Source: Auanema rhodensis
Taxonomy: Eukaryota > Animalia > Nematoda
Length of the DNA: 64,000 bases
NCBI GenBank assembly: GCA_964057225.1
Contig: OZ059900.1
Location: 19,034,001-19,098,000 of the forward strand
Direction of reading: 5' to 3'
Part shown: positions 12,501-26,674 of the stretch, piece after piece
Numbering within the stretch: position 1 is the stretch's first letter
Layout: every line of letters starts with the position of its first letter
Position numbers and translations under genes: made by a program
Notes under the pieces: generated by a model
Seen by the model: only the letters and a program-made list of their open reading frames with translations
Database searches by the model: none
Told to the model about the DNA's origin: nothing

Positions 12501-15500
12501 GTTTTTGTATTCTTCTAGTGTTCAGCATGTAAAATGCTTCATTTTAGTATGTAACACGCTGAAATTCGTTGCATTTGACGACTCATATGAACAAAAATCG
12601 ATTTAATCAATATTAGCCATAAGGGGCGTGCCCTCAGAATATGCTAATTTCCTTAATTTTCTAACCCCTGTTTTTTTGTCGTGAAAGTGGAACTAGACGT
12701 TGTACGAACAATTTTGAGCTAGGTTTCATTGACATTGCATGAGTTTGAACACATGAAATCGTAAGTCAAAACCTTGTTTACAGCGAAATTTCCAAAAACT
12801 GGTTTTCCAGCATAATAAAATATTTCTCATGGGAAATACTGTGTTTTTGTATTCTTCTAGTGTTCAGCATGTAAAATGCTTCATTTTAGTATGTAACACG
12901 CTGAAATTCGTTGCATTTGACGACTCATATGAACAAAAATCGATTTAATCAATATTAGCCATAAGGGGCGTGCCCTCAGAATATGCTAATTTCCTTAATT
13001 TTCTAACCCCTGTTTTTTGTCGTGAAAGTGGAACTAGACGTTGTACGAACAATTTTGAGCTAGGTTTCATTGACATTGCATGAGTTTGAACACATGAAAT
13101 CGTAAGTCAAAACCTTGTTTACAGCGAAATTTCCAAAAACTGGTTTTCCAGCATAATAAAATATTTCTCATGGGAAATACTGTGTTTTTGTTTTTTTCTA
13201 GTGTTCAGCATGTAAAATGCTTCATTTTAGTATGTAACACGCTGAAATTCGTTGCATTTGACGACTCATATGAACAAAAATCGATTTAATCAATATTAGC
13301 CATAAGGGGCGTGCCCTCAGAATATGCTAATTTCCTTAATTTTCTAACCCCTGTTTTTTTGTCGTGAAAGTGGAACTAGACGTTGTACGAACAATTTTCA
13401 GCTAGGTTTCATTGACATTGCATGAGTTTGAACACATGAAATCGTAAGTCAAAACCTTGTTTACAGCGAAATTTCCAAAAACTGGTTTTCCAGCATAATA
13501 AAATATTTCTCATGGGAAATACTGTGTTTTTGTATTTTTCTAGTGTTCAGCATGTAAAATGCTTCATTTTAGTATGTAACACGCTGAAATTCGTTGCATT
13601 TGACGACTCATATGAACAAAAATCGATTTAATCAATATTAGCCATAAGGGGCGTGCCCTCAGAATATGCTAATTTCCTTAAATTTCTAACCCCTGTTTTT
13701 TGTCGTGAAAGTGGAACTAGACGTTGTACGAACAATTTTGAGCTAGGTTTCATTGACATTGCATGAGTTTGAACACATGAAATCGTAAGTCAAAACCTTG
13801 TTTACAGCGAAATTTCCAAAAACTGGTTTTCCAGCATAATAAAATATTTCTCATGGGAAATACTGTGTTTTTGTATTTTTCTAGTGTTCAGCATGTAAAA
13901 TACTTCATTTTAGTATGTAACACGCTGAAATTCGTTGCATTTGACGACTCATATGAACAAAAATCGATTTAATCAATATTAGCCATAAGGGGCGTGCCCT
14001 CAGAATATGCTAATTTCCTTAATTTTCTAACCCTTGTTTTTTTGTCGTGAAAGTGGAACTAGACGTTGTACGAACAATTTTGAGCTAGGTTTCATTGACA
14101 TTGCATGAGTTTGAACACATGAAATCGTAAGTCAAAACCTTGTTTACAGCGAAATTTCCAAAAACTGGTTTTCCAGCATAATAAAACATTTCTCATGGGA
14201 AATACTGTGTTTTTGTATTTTTCTAGTGTTCAGCATGTAAAATGCTTCATTTTAGTATGTAACACGCTGAAATTCGTTGCATTTGACGAATCATATGAAC
14301 AAAAATCGATTTAATCAATATTAGCCATAAGGGGCGTGCCCTCAGAATATGCTAATTTCCTTAATTTTCTAACCCCTGTTTTTTTGTCGTGAAAGTGGAA
14401 CTAGACGTTGTACGAACAATTTTGAGCTAGGTTTCATTGACATTGCATGAGTTTGAACACATGAAATCGTAAGTCAAAACCTTGTTTACAGCGAAATTTC
14501 CAAAAACTGGTTTTCCAGCATAATAAAATATTTCTCATGGGAAATACTGTGTTTTTGTATTTTTCTAGTGTTCAGCATGTAAAATGGTTCATTTTAGTAT
14601 GTAACACGCTGAAATTCGTTGCATTTGACGACTCATATGAACAAAAATCGATTTAATCAATATTAGCCATAAGGGGCGTGCCCTCAGAATATGCTAATTT
14701 CCTTAAATTTCTAACCCCTGTTTTTTGTCGTGAAAGTGGAACTAGACGTTGTACGAACAATTTTGAGCTAGGTTTCATTGACATTGCATGAGTTTGAACA
14801 CATGAAATCGTAAGTCAAAACCTTGTTTACAGCGAAATTTCCAAAAACTGGTTTTCCAGCATAATAAAATATTTCTCATGGGAAATACTGTGTTTTTGTA
14901 TTCTTCTAGTGTTCAGCATGTAAAATGCTTCATTTTAGTATGTAACACGCTGAAATTCGTTGCATTTGACGACTCATATGAACAAAAATCGATTTAATCA
15001 ATATTAGCCATAAGGGGCGTGCCCTCAGAATATGCTAATTTCCTTAATTTTCTAACCCCTGTTTTTTTGTCGTGAAAGTGGAACTAGACGTTGTACGAAC
15101 ATTTTTGAGCTAGGTTTCATTGACATTGCATGAGTTTGAACACATGAAATCGTAAGTCAAAACCTTGTTTACAGCGAAATTTCCAAAAACTGGTTTTCCA
15201 GCATAATAAAATATTTCTCATGGGAAATACTGTGTTTTTGTATTTTTCTAGTGTTCAGCATGTGAAATACTTCATTTTAGTATGTAACACGCTGAAATTC
15301 GTTGCATTTGACGACTCATATGAACAAAAATCGATTTAATCAATATTAGCCATAAGGGGCGTGCCCTCAGAATATGCTAATTTCCTTAATTTTCTAACCC
15401 TTGTTTTTTTGTCGTGAAAGTGGAACTAGACGTTGTACGAACAATTTTGAGCTAGGTTTCATTGACATTGCATGAGTTTGAACACATGAAATCGTAAGTC

Positions 15501-18469
15501 AAAACCTTGTTTACAGCGAAATTTCCAAAAACTGGTTTTCCAGCATAATAAAACATTTCTCATGGGAAATACTGTGTTTTTGTATTTTTCTAGTGTTCAG
15601 CATGTAAAATGCTTCATTTTAGTATGTAACACGCTGAAATTCGTTGCATTTGACGAATCATATGAACAAAAATCGATTTAATCAATATTAGCCATAAGGG
15701 GCGTGCCCTCAGAATATGCTAATTTCCTTAATTTTCTAACCCCTGTTTTTTTGTCGTGAAAGTGGAACTAGACGTTGTACGAACAATTTTGAGCTAGGTT
15801 TCATTGACATTGCATGAGTTTGAACACATGAAATCGTAAGTCAAAACCTTGTTTACAGCGAAATTTCCAAAAACTGGTTTTCCAGCATAATAAAATATTT
15901 CTCATGGGAAATACTGTGTTTTTGTATTTTTCTAGTGTTCAGCATGTAAAATGGTTCATTTTAGTATGTAACACGCTGAAATTCGTTGCATTTGACGACT
16001 CATATGAACAAAAATCGATTTAATCAATATTAGCCATAAGGGGCGTGCCCTCAGAATATGCTAATTTCCTTAATTTTCTAACCCCTGTTTTTTTGTCGTG
16101 AAAGTGGAACTAGACGTTGTACGAACAATTTTGAGCTAGGTTTCATTGACATTGCATGAGTTTGAACACATGAAATCGTAAGTCAAAACCTTGTTTACAG
16201 CGAAATTTCCAAAAACTGGTTTTCCAGCATAATAAAATATTTCTCATGGGAAATACTGTGTTTTTGTATTTTTCTAGTGTTCAGCATGTAAAATGCTTCA
16301 TTTTAGTATGTAACACGCTGAAATTCGTTGCATTTGACGACTCATATGAACAAAAATCGATTTAATCAATATTAGCCATAAGGGGCGTGCCCTCAGAATA
16401 TGCTAATTTCCTTAATTTTCTGACCCCTGTTTTTTTGTCGTGAAAGTGGAACTAGACGTTGTACGAACAATTTTGAGCTAGGTTTCATTGACATTGCATG
16501 AGTTTGAACACATGAAATCGTAAGTCAAAACCTTGTTTACAGCGAAATTTCCAAAAACTGGTTTTCCAGCATAATAAAATATTTCTCATGGGAAATACTG
16601 TGTTTTTGTATTTTTCTAGTGTTCAGCATGTAAAATGCTTCATTTTAGTATGTAACACGCTGAAATTCGTTGCATTTGACGACTCATATGAACAAAAATC
16701 GATTTAATCAATATTAGCCATAAGGGGCGTGCCCTCAGAATATGCTAATTTCCTTAATTTTCTAACCCCTGTTTTTTTGTCGTGAAAGTGGAACTAGACG
16801 TTGTACGAACAATTTTGAGCTAGGTTTCATTGACATTGCATGAGTTTGAACACATGAAATCGTAAGTCAAAACCTTGTTTACAGCGAAATTTCCAAAAAC
16901 TGGTTTTCCAGCATAATAAAATATTTCTCATGGGAAATACTGTGTTTTTGTATTTTTCTAGTGTTCAGCATGTAAAATGCTTCATTTTAGTATGTAACAC
17001 GCTGAAATTCGTTGCATTTGACGACTCATATGAACAAAAATCGATTTAATCAATATTAGCTATAAGGGGCGTGCCCTCAGAATATGCTAATTTCCTTAAT
17101 TTTCTAACCCCTGTTTTTTTGTCGTGAAAGTGGAACTAGACGTTGTACGAACAATTTTGAGCTAAGTTTCATTGACATTGCATGAGTTTGAACACATGAA
17201 ATCGTAAGTCAAAACCTTGTTTACAGCGAAATTTCCAAAAACTGGTTTTCCAGCATAATAAAATATTTCTCATGGGAAATACTGTGTTTTTGTTTTTTTC
17301 TAGTGTTCAGCATGTAAAATGCTTCATTTTAGTATGTAACACGCTGAAATTCGTTGCATTTGACGACTCATATGAACAAAAATCGATTTAATCAATATTA
17401 GCCATAAGGGGCGTGCCCTCAGAATATGCTAATTTCCTTAATTTTCTAACCCCTGTTTTTTTGTCGTGAAAGTGGAACTAGACGTTGTACGAACAATTTT
17501 GAGCTAGGTTTCATTGACATTGCATGAGTTTGAACACATGAAATCGTAAGTCAAAACCTTGTTTACAGCGAAATTTCCAAAAACTGGTTTTCCAGCATAA
17601 TAAAATATTTCTCATGGGAAATACTGTGTTTTTGTATTCTTCTAGTGTTCAGCATGTAAAATGCTTCATTTTAGTATGTAACACGCTGAAATTCGTTGCA
17701 TTTGACGACTCATATGAACAAAAATCGATTTAATCAATATTAGCCATAAGGGGCGTGCCCTCAGAATATGCTAATTTCCTTAATTTTCTAACCCCTGTTT
17801 TTTTGTCGTGAAAGTGGAACTAGACGTTGTACGAACAATTTTGAGCTAGGTTTCATTGACATTGCATGAGTTTGAACACATGAAATCGTAAGTCAAAACC
17901 TTGTTTACAGCGAAATTTCCAAAAACTGGTTTTCCAGCATAATAAAATATTTCTCATGGGAAATACTGTGTTTTTGTATTCTTCTAGTGTTCAGCATGTA
18001 AAATGCTTCATTTTAGTATGTAACACGCTGAAATTCGTTGCATTTGACGACTCATATGAACAAAAATCGATTTAATCAATATTAGCCATAAGGGGCGTGC
18101 CCTCAGAATATGCTAATTTCCTTAAATTTCTAACCCCTGTTTTTTTGTCGTGAAAGTGGAACTAGACGTTGTACGAACAATTTTGAGCTAGGTTTCATTG
18201 ACATTGCATGAGTTTGAACACATGAAATCGTAAGTCAAAACCTTGTTTACAGCGAAATTTCCAAAAACTGGTTTTCCAGCATAATAAAATATTTCTCATG
18301 GGAAATACTGTGTTTTCGTATTTTTCTAGTGTTCAGCATGTAAAATGGTTCATTTTAGTATGTAACACGCTGAAATTCGTTGCATTTGACGACTCATATG
18401 AACAAAAATCGATTTAATCAATATTAGCCATAAGGGGCGTGCCCTCAGAATATGCTAATTTCCTTAATT

Positions 18470-21400
18470 TTCTAACCCCTGTTTTTTTGTCGTGAAAGTG
18501 GAACTAGACGTTGTACGAACAATTTTGAGCTAGGTTTCATTGACATTGCATGAGTTTGAACACATGAAATCGTAAGTCAAAACCTTGTTTACAGCGAAAT
18601 TTCCAAAAACTGGTTTTCCAGCATAATAAAATATTTCTCATGGGAAATACTGTGTTTTTGTATTCTTCTAGTGTTCAGCATGTAAAATGCTTCATTTTAG
18701 TATGTAACACGCTGAAATTCGTTGCATTTGACGACTCATATGAACAAAAATCGATTTAATCAATATTAGCCATAAGGGGCGTGCCCTCAGAATATGCTAA
18801 TTTCCTTAATTTTCTAACCCCTGTTTTTTTGTCGTGAAAGTGGAACTAGACGTTGTACGAACAATTTTGAGCTAGGTTTCATTGACATTGCATGAGTTTG
18901 AACACATGAAATCGTAAGTCAAAACCTTGTTTACAGCGAAATTTCCAAAAACTGGTTTTCCAGCATAATAAAATATTTCTCATGGGAAATACTGTGTTTT
19001 TGTATTCTTCTAGTGTTCAGCATGTAAAATGCTTCATTTTAGTATGTAACACGCTGAAATTCGTTGCATTTGACGACTCATATGAACAAAAATCGATTTA
19101 ATCAATATTAGCCATAAGGGGCGTGCCCTCAGAATATGCTAATTTCCTTAAATTTCTAACCCCTGTTTTTTTGTCGTGAAAGTGGAACTAGACGTTGTAC
19201 GAACAATTTTGAGCTAGGTTTCATTGACATTGCATGAGTTTGAACACATGAAATCGTAAGTCAAAACCTTGTTTACAGCGAAATTTCCAAAAACTGGTTT
19301 TCCAGCATAATAAAATATTTCTCATGGGAAATACTGTGTTTTTGTATTCTTCTAGTGTTCAGCATGTAAAATGCTTCATTTTAGTATGTAACACGCTGAA
19401 ATTCGTTGCATTTGACGACTCATATGAACAAAAATCGATTTAATCAATATTAGCCATAAGGGGCGTGCCCTCAGAATATGCTAATTTCCTTAATTTTCTA
19501 ACCCCTGTTTTTTTGTCGTGAAAGTGGAACTAGACGTTGTACGAACAATTTTGAGCTAGGTTTCATTGACATTGCATGAGTTTGAACACATGAAATCGTA
19601 AGTCAAAACCTTGTTTACAGCGAAATTTCCAAAAACTGGTTTTCCAGCATAATAAAATATTTCTCATGGGAAATACTGTGTTTTTGTATATTTCTAGTGT
19701 TCAGCATGTAAAATGCTTCATTTTAGTATGTAGCACGCTGAAATTCGTTGCATTTGACGACTCATATGAACAAAAATCGATTTAATCAATATTAGCCATA
19801 AGGGGCGTGCCCTCAGAATATGCTAATTTCCTTAATTTTCTAACCCCTGTTTTTTTGTCGTGAAAGTGGAACTAGACGTTGTACGAACAATTTTGAGCTA
19901 GGTTTCATTGACATTGCATGAGTTTGAACACATGAAATCGTAAGTCAAAACCTTGTTTACAGCGAAATTTCCAAAAACTGGTTTTCCAGCATAATAAAAT
20001 ATTTCTCATGGGAAATACTGTGTTTTTGTATTTTTCTAGTGTTCAGCATGTAAAATGCTTCATTTTAGTATGTAACACGCTGAAATTCGTTGCATTTGAC
20101 GACTCATATGAACAAAAATCGATTTAATCAATATTAGCCATAAGGGGCGTGCCCTCAGAATATGCTAATTTCCTTAAATTTCTAACCCCTGTTTTTTGTC
20201 GTGAAAGTGGAACTAGACGTTGTACGAACAATTTTGAGCTAGGTTTCATTGACATTGCATGAGTTTGAACACATGAAATCGTAAGTCAAAACCTTGTTTA
20301 CAGCGAAATTTCCAAAAACTGGTTTTCCAGCATAATAAAATATTTCTCATGGGAAATACTGTGTTTTTGTATTCTTCTAGTGTTCAGCATGTAAAATGCT
20401 TCATTTTAGTATGTAACACGCTGAAATTCGTTGCATTTAACGACTCATATGAACAAAAATCGATTTAATCAATATTAGCCATAAGGGGCGTGCCCTCAGA
20501 ATATGCTAATTTCCTTAATTTTCTAACCCCTGTTTTTTTGTCGTGAAAGTGGAATTAGACGTTGTATGAACATTTTTGAGCTAGGTTTCATTGACATTGC
20601 ATGAGTTTGAACACATGAAATCGTAAGTCAAAACCTTGTTTACAGCGAAATTTCCAAAAACTGGTTTTCCAGCATAATAAAATATTTCTCATGGGAAATA
20701 CTGTGTTTTTGTATTTTTCTAGTGTTCAGCATGTAAAATACTTCATTTTAGTATGTAACACGCTGAAATTCGTTGCATTTGACGACTCATATGAACAAAA
20801 ATCGATTTAATCAATATTAGCCATAAGGGGCGTGCCCTCAGAATATGCTAATTTCCTTAATTTTCTAACCCTTGTTTTTTTGTCGTGAAAGTGGAACTAG
20901 ACGTTGTACGAACAATTTTGAGCTAGGTTTCATTGACATTGCATGAGTTTGAACACATGAAATCGTAAGTCAAAACCTTGTTTACAGCGAAATTTCCAAA
21001 AACTGGTTTTCCAGCATAATAAAATATTTCTCATGGGAAATACTGTGTTTTTGTATTTTTCTAGTGTTCAGCATGTAAAATGCTTCATTTTAGTATGTAA
21101 CACGCTGAAATTCGTTGCATTTGACGAATCATATGAACAAAAATCGATTTAATCAATATTAGCCATAAGGGGCGTGCCCTCAGAATATGCTAATTTCCTT
21201 AATTTTCTAACCCCTGTTTTTTTGTCGTGAAAGTGGAACTAGACGTTGTACGAACAATTTTGAGCTAGGTTTCATTGACATTGCATGAGTTTGAACACAT
21301 GAAATCGTAAGTCAAAACCTTGTTTACAGCGAAATTTCCAAAAACTGGTTTTCCAGCATAATAAAATATTTCTCATGGGAAATACTGTGTTTTTGTATTT

Positions 21401-24400
21401 TTCTAGTGTTCAGCATGTAAAATGCTTCATTTTAGTATGTAACACGCTGAAATTCGTTGCATTTAACGACTCATATGAACAAAAATCGATTTAATCAATA
21501 TTAGCCATAAGGGGCGTGCCCTCAGAATATGCTAATTTCCTTAATTTTCTAACCCCTGTTTTTTTGTCGTGAAAGTGGAATTAGACGTTGTATGAACATT
21601 TTTGAGCTAGGTTTCATTGACATTGCATGAGTTTGAACACATGAAATCGTAAGTCAAAACCTTGTTTACAGCGAAATTTCCAAAAACTGGTTTTCCAGCA
21701 TAATAAAATATTTCTCATGGGAAATACTGTGTTTTTGTTTTTTTCTAGTGTTCAGCATGTAAAATGCTTCATTTTAGTATGTAACACGCTGAAATTCGTT
21801 GCATTTGACGACTCATATGAACAAAAATCGATTTAATCAATATTAGCCATAAGGGGCGTGCCCTCAGAATATGCTAATTTCCTTAATTTTCTAACCCCTG
21901 TTTTTTTGTCGTGAAAGTGGAACTAGACGTTGTACGAACAATTTTGAGCTAGGTTTCATTGACATTGCATGAGTTTGAACACATGAAATCGTAAGTCAAA
22001 ACCTTGTTTACAGCGAAATTTCCAAAAACTGGTTTTCCAGCATAATAAAATATTTCTCATGGGAAATACTGTGTTTTTGTATTCTTCTAGTGTTCAGCAT
22101 GTAAAATGCTTCATTTTAGTATGTAACACGCTGAAATTCGTTGCATTTGACGACTCATATGAACAAAAATCGATTTAATCAATATTAGCCATAAGGGGCG
22201 TGCCCTCAGAATATGCTAATTTCCTTAATTTTCTAACCCCTGTTTTTTTGTCGTGAAAGTGGAACTAGACGTTGTACGAACAATTTTGAGCTAGGTTTCA
22301 TTGACATTGCATGAGTTTGAACACATGAAATCGTAAGTCAAAACCTTGTTTACAGCGAAATTTCCAAAAACTGGTTTTCCAGCATAATAAAATATTTCTC
22401 ATGGGAAATACTGTGTTTTTGTATTCTTCTAGTGTTCAGCATGTAAAATGCTTCATTTTAGTATGTAACACGCTGAAATTCGTTGCATTTGACGACTCAT
22501 ATGAACAAAAATCGATTTAATCAATATTAGCCATAAGGGGCGTGCCCTCAGAATATGCTAATTTCCTTAATTTTCTAACCCCTGTTTTTTTGTCGTGAAA
22601 GTGGAACTAGACGTTGTACGAACAATTTTGAGCTAGGTTTCATTGACATTGCATGAGTTTGAACACATGAAATCGTAAGTCAAAACCTTGTTTACAGCGA
22701 AATTTCCAAAAACTGGTTTTCCAGCATAATAAAATATTTCTCATGGGAAATACTGTGTTTTTGTATTCTTCTAGTGTTCAGCATGTAAAATGCTTCATTT
22801 TAGTATGTAACACGCTGAAATTCGTTGCATTTGACGACTCATATGAACAAAAATCGATTTAATCAATATTAGCCATAAGGGGCGTGCCCTCAGAATATGC
22901 TAATTTCCTTAATTTTCTAACCCCTGTTTTTTTGTCGTGAAAGTGGAACTAGACGTTGTACGAACAATTTTGAGCTAGGTTTCATTGACATTGCATGAGT
23001 TTGAACACATGAAATCGTAAGTCAAAACCTTGTTTACAGCGAAATTTCCAAAAACTGGTTTTCCAGCATAATAAAATATTTCTCATGGGAAATACTGTGT
23101 TTTTGTATATTTCTAGTGTTCAGCATGTAAAATGCTTCATTTTAGTATGTAGCACGCTGAAATTCGTTGCATTTGACGACTCATATGAACAAAAATCGAT
23201 TTAATCAATATTAGCCATAAGGGGCGTGCCCTCAGAATATGCTAATTTCCTTAATTTTCTAACCCCTGTTTTTTTGTCGTGAAAGTGGAACTAGACGTTG
23301 TACGAACAATTTTGAGCTAGGTTTCATTGACATTGCATGAGTTTGAACACATGAAATCGTAAGTCAAAACCTTGTTTACAGCGAAATTTCCAAAAACTGG
23401 TTTTCCAGCATAATAAAATATTTCTCATGGGAAATACTGTGTTTTTGTATTTTTCTAGTGTTCAGCATGTAAAATGCTTCATTTTAGTATGTAACACGCT
23501 GAAATTCGTTGCATTTGACGACTCATATGAACAAAAATCGATTTAATCAATATTAGCCATAAGGGGCGTGCCCTCAGAATATGCTAATTTCCTTAAATTT
23601 CTAACCCCTGTTTTTTGTCGTGAAAGTGGAACTAGACGTTGTACGAACAATTTTGAGCTAGGTTTCATTGACATTGCATGAGTTTGAACACATGAAATCG
23701 TAAGTCAAAACCTTGTTTACAGCGAAATTTCCAAAAACTGGTTTTCCAGCATAATAAAATATTTCTCATGGGAAATACTGTGTTTTTGTATTCTTCTAGT
23801 GTTCAGCATGTAAAATGCTTCATTTTAGTATGTAACACGCTGAAATTCGTTGCATTTAACGACTCATATGAACAAAAATCGATTTAATCAATATTAGCCA
23901 TAAGGGGCGTGCCCTCAGAATATGCTAATTTCCTTAATTTTCTAACCCCTGTTTTTTTGTCGTGAAAGTGGAACTAGACGTTGTATGAACATTTTTGAGC
24001 TAGGTTTCATTGACATTGCATGAGTTTGAACACATGAAATCGTAAGTCAAAACCTTGTTTACAGCGAAATTTCCAAAAACTGGTTTTCCAGCATAATAAA
24101 ATATTTCTCATGGGAAATACTGTGTTTTTGTATTTTTCTAGTGTTCAGCATGTAAAATACTTCATTTTAGTATGTAACACGCTGAAATTCGTTGCATTTG
24201 ACGACTCATATGAACAAAAATCGATTTAATCAATATTAGCCATAAGGGGCGTGCCCTCAGAATATGCTAATTTCCTTAATTTTCTAACCCCTGTTTTTTT
24301 GTCGTGAAAGTGGAACTAGACGTTGTACGAACAATTTTGAGCTAGGTTTCATTGACATTGCATGAGTTTGAACACATGAAATCGTAAGTCAAAACCTTGT

Positions 24401-26674
24401 TTACAGCGAAATTTCCAAAAACTGGTTTTCCAGCATAATAAAATATTTCTCATGGGAAATACTGTGTTTTTGTATTCTTCTAGTGTTCAGCATGTAAAAT
24501 GCTTCATTTTAGTATGTAACACGCTGAAATTCGTTGCATTTGACGACTCATATGAACAAAAATCGATTTAATCAATATTAGCCATAAGGGGCGTGCCCTC
24601 AGAATATGCTAATTTCCTTAATTTTCTAACCCCTGTTTTTTTGTCGTGAAAGTGGAACTAGACGTTGTACGAACAATTTTGAGCTAGGTTTTATTGACAT
24701 TGCATGAGTTTGAACACATGAAATCGTAAGTCAAAACCTTGTTTACAGCGAAATTTCCAAAAACTGGTTTTCCAGCATAATAAAATATTTCTCATGGGAA
24801 ATACTGTGTTTTTGTATTCTTCTAGTGTTCAGCATGTAAAATGCTTCATTTTAGTATGTAACACGCTGAAATTCGTTGCATTTGACGACTCATATGAACA
24901 AAAATCGATTTAATCAATATTAGCCATAAGGGGCGTGCCCTCAGAATATGCTAATTTCCTTAATTTTCTAACCCCTGTTTTTTTGTCGTGAAAGTGGAAC
25001 TAGACGTTGTACGAACAATTTTGAGCTAGGTTTCATTGACATTGCATGAGTTTGAACACATGAAATCGTAAGTCAAAACCTTGTTTACAGCGAAATTTCC
25101 AAAAACTGGTTTTCCAGCATAATAAAATATTTCTCATGGGAAATACTGTGTTTTTGTATTCTTCTAGTGTTCAGCATGTAAAATGCTTCATTTTAGTATG
25201 TAACACGCTGAAATTCGTTGCATTTGACGACTCATATGAACAAAAATCGATTTAATCAATATTAGCCATAAGGGGCGTGCCCTCAGAATATGCTAATTTC
25301 CTTAATTTTCTAACCCCTGTTTTTTTGTCGTGAAAGTGGAACTAGACGTTGTACGAACAATTTTGAGCTAGGTTTCATTGACATTGCATGAGTTTGAACA
25401 CATGAAATCGTAAGTCAAAACCTTGTTTACAGCGAAATTTCCAAAAACTGGTTTTCCAGCATAATAAAATATTTCTCATGGGAAATACTGTGTTTTTGTA
25501 TATTTCTAGTGTTCAGCATGTAAAATGCTTCATTTTAGTATGTAGCACGCTGAAATTCGTTGCATTTGACGACTCATATGAACAAAAATCGATTTAATCA
25601 ATATTAGCCATAAGGGGCGTGCCCTCAGAATATGCTAATTTCCTTAATTTTCTAACCCCTGTTTTTTTGTCGTGAAAGTGGAACTAGACGTTGTACGAAC
25701 AATTTTGAGCTAGGTTTCATTGACATTGCATGAGTTTGAACACATGAAATCGTAAGTCAAAACCTTGTTTACAGCGAAATTTCCAAAAACTGGTTTTCCA
25801 GCATAATAAAATATTTCTCATGGGAAATACTGTGTTTTTGTATTTTTCTAGTGTTCAGCATGTAAAATGCTTCATTTTAGTATGTAACACGCTGAAATTC
25901 GTTGCATTTGACGACTCATATGAACAAAAATCGATTTAATCAATATTAGCCATAAGGGGCGTGCCCTCAGAATATGCTAATTTCCTTAAATTTCTAACCC
26001 CTGTTTTTTGTCGTGAAAGTGGAACTAGACGTTGTACGAACAATTTTGAGCTAGGTTTCATTGACATTGCATGAGTTTGAACACATGAAATCGTAAGTCA
26101 AAACCTTGTTTACAGCGAAATTTCCAAAAACTGGTTTTCCAGCATAATAAAATATTTCTCATGGGAAATACTGTGTTTTTGTATTCTTCTAGTGTTCAGC
26201 ATGTAAAATGCTTCATTTTAGTATGTAACACGCTGAAATTCGTTGCATTTAACGACTCATATGAACAAAAATCGATTTAATCAATATTAGCCATAAGGGG
26301 CGTGCCCTCAGAATATGCTAATTTCCTTAATTTTCTAACCCCTGTTTTTTTGTCGTGAAAGTGGAACTAGACGTTGTATGAACATTTTTGAGCTAGGTTT
26401 CATTGACATTGCATGAGTTTGAACACATGAAATCGTAAGTCAAAACCTTGTTTACAGCGAAATTTCCAAAAACTGGTTTTCCAGCATAATAAAATATTTC
26501 TCATGGGAAATACTGTGTTTTTGTATTTTTCTAGTGTTCAGCATGTAAAATACTTCATTTTAGTATGTAACACGCTGAAATTCGTTGCATTTGACGACTC
26601 ATATGAACAAAAATCGATTTAATCAATATTAGCCATAAGGGGCGTGCCCTCAGAATATGCTAATTTCCTTAATT
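18470..26674 (+). repeat. Second 7-mer higher-order unit of SatA in three copies (18470-20862, 21889-24281, 24282-26674)
   Basis: The order is TATTCTTC x3, TATATTTC+TAGCAC, TTAAAT, T6+TATTCTTC+TTTAAC, TATGAACATT+TACTTC. The TATATTTC marker lies at about 19690, 23109 and 25502 (spacings 3419 and 2393). Confidence 0.9.
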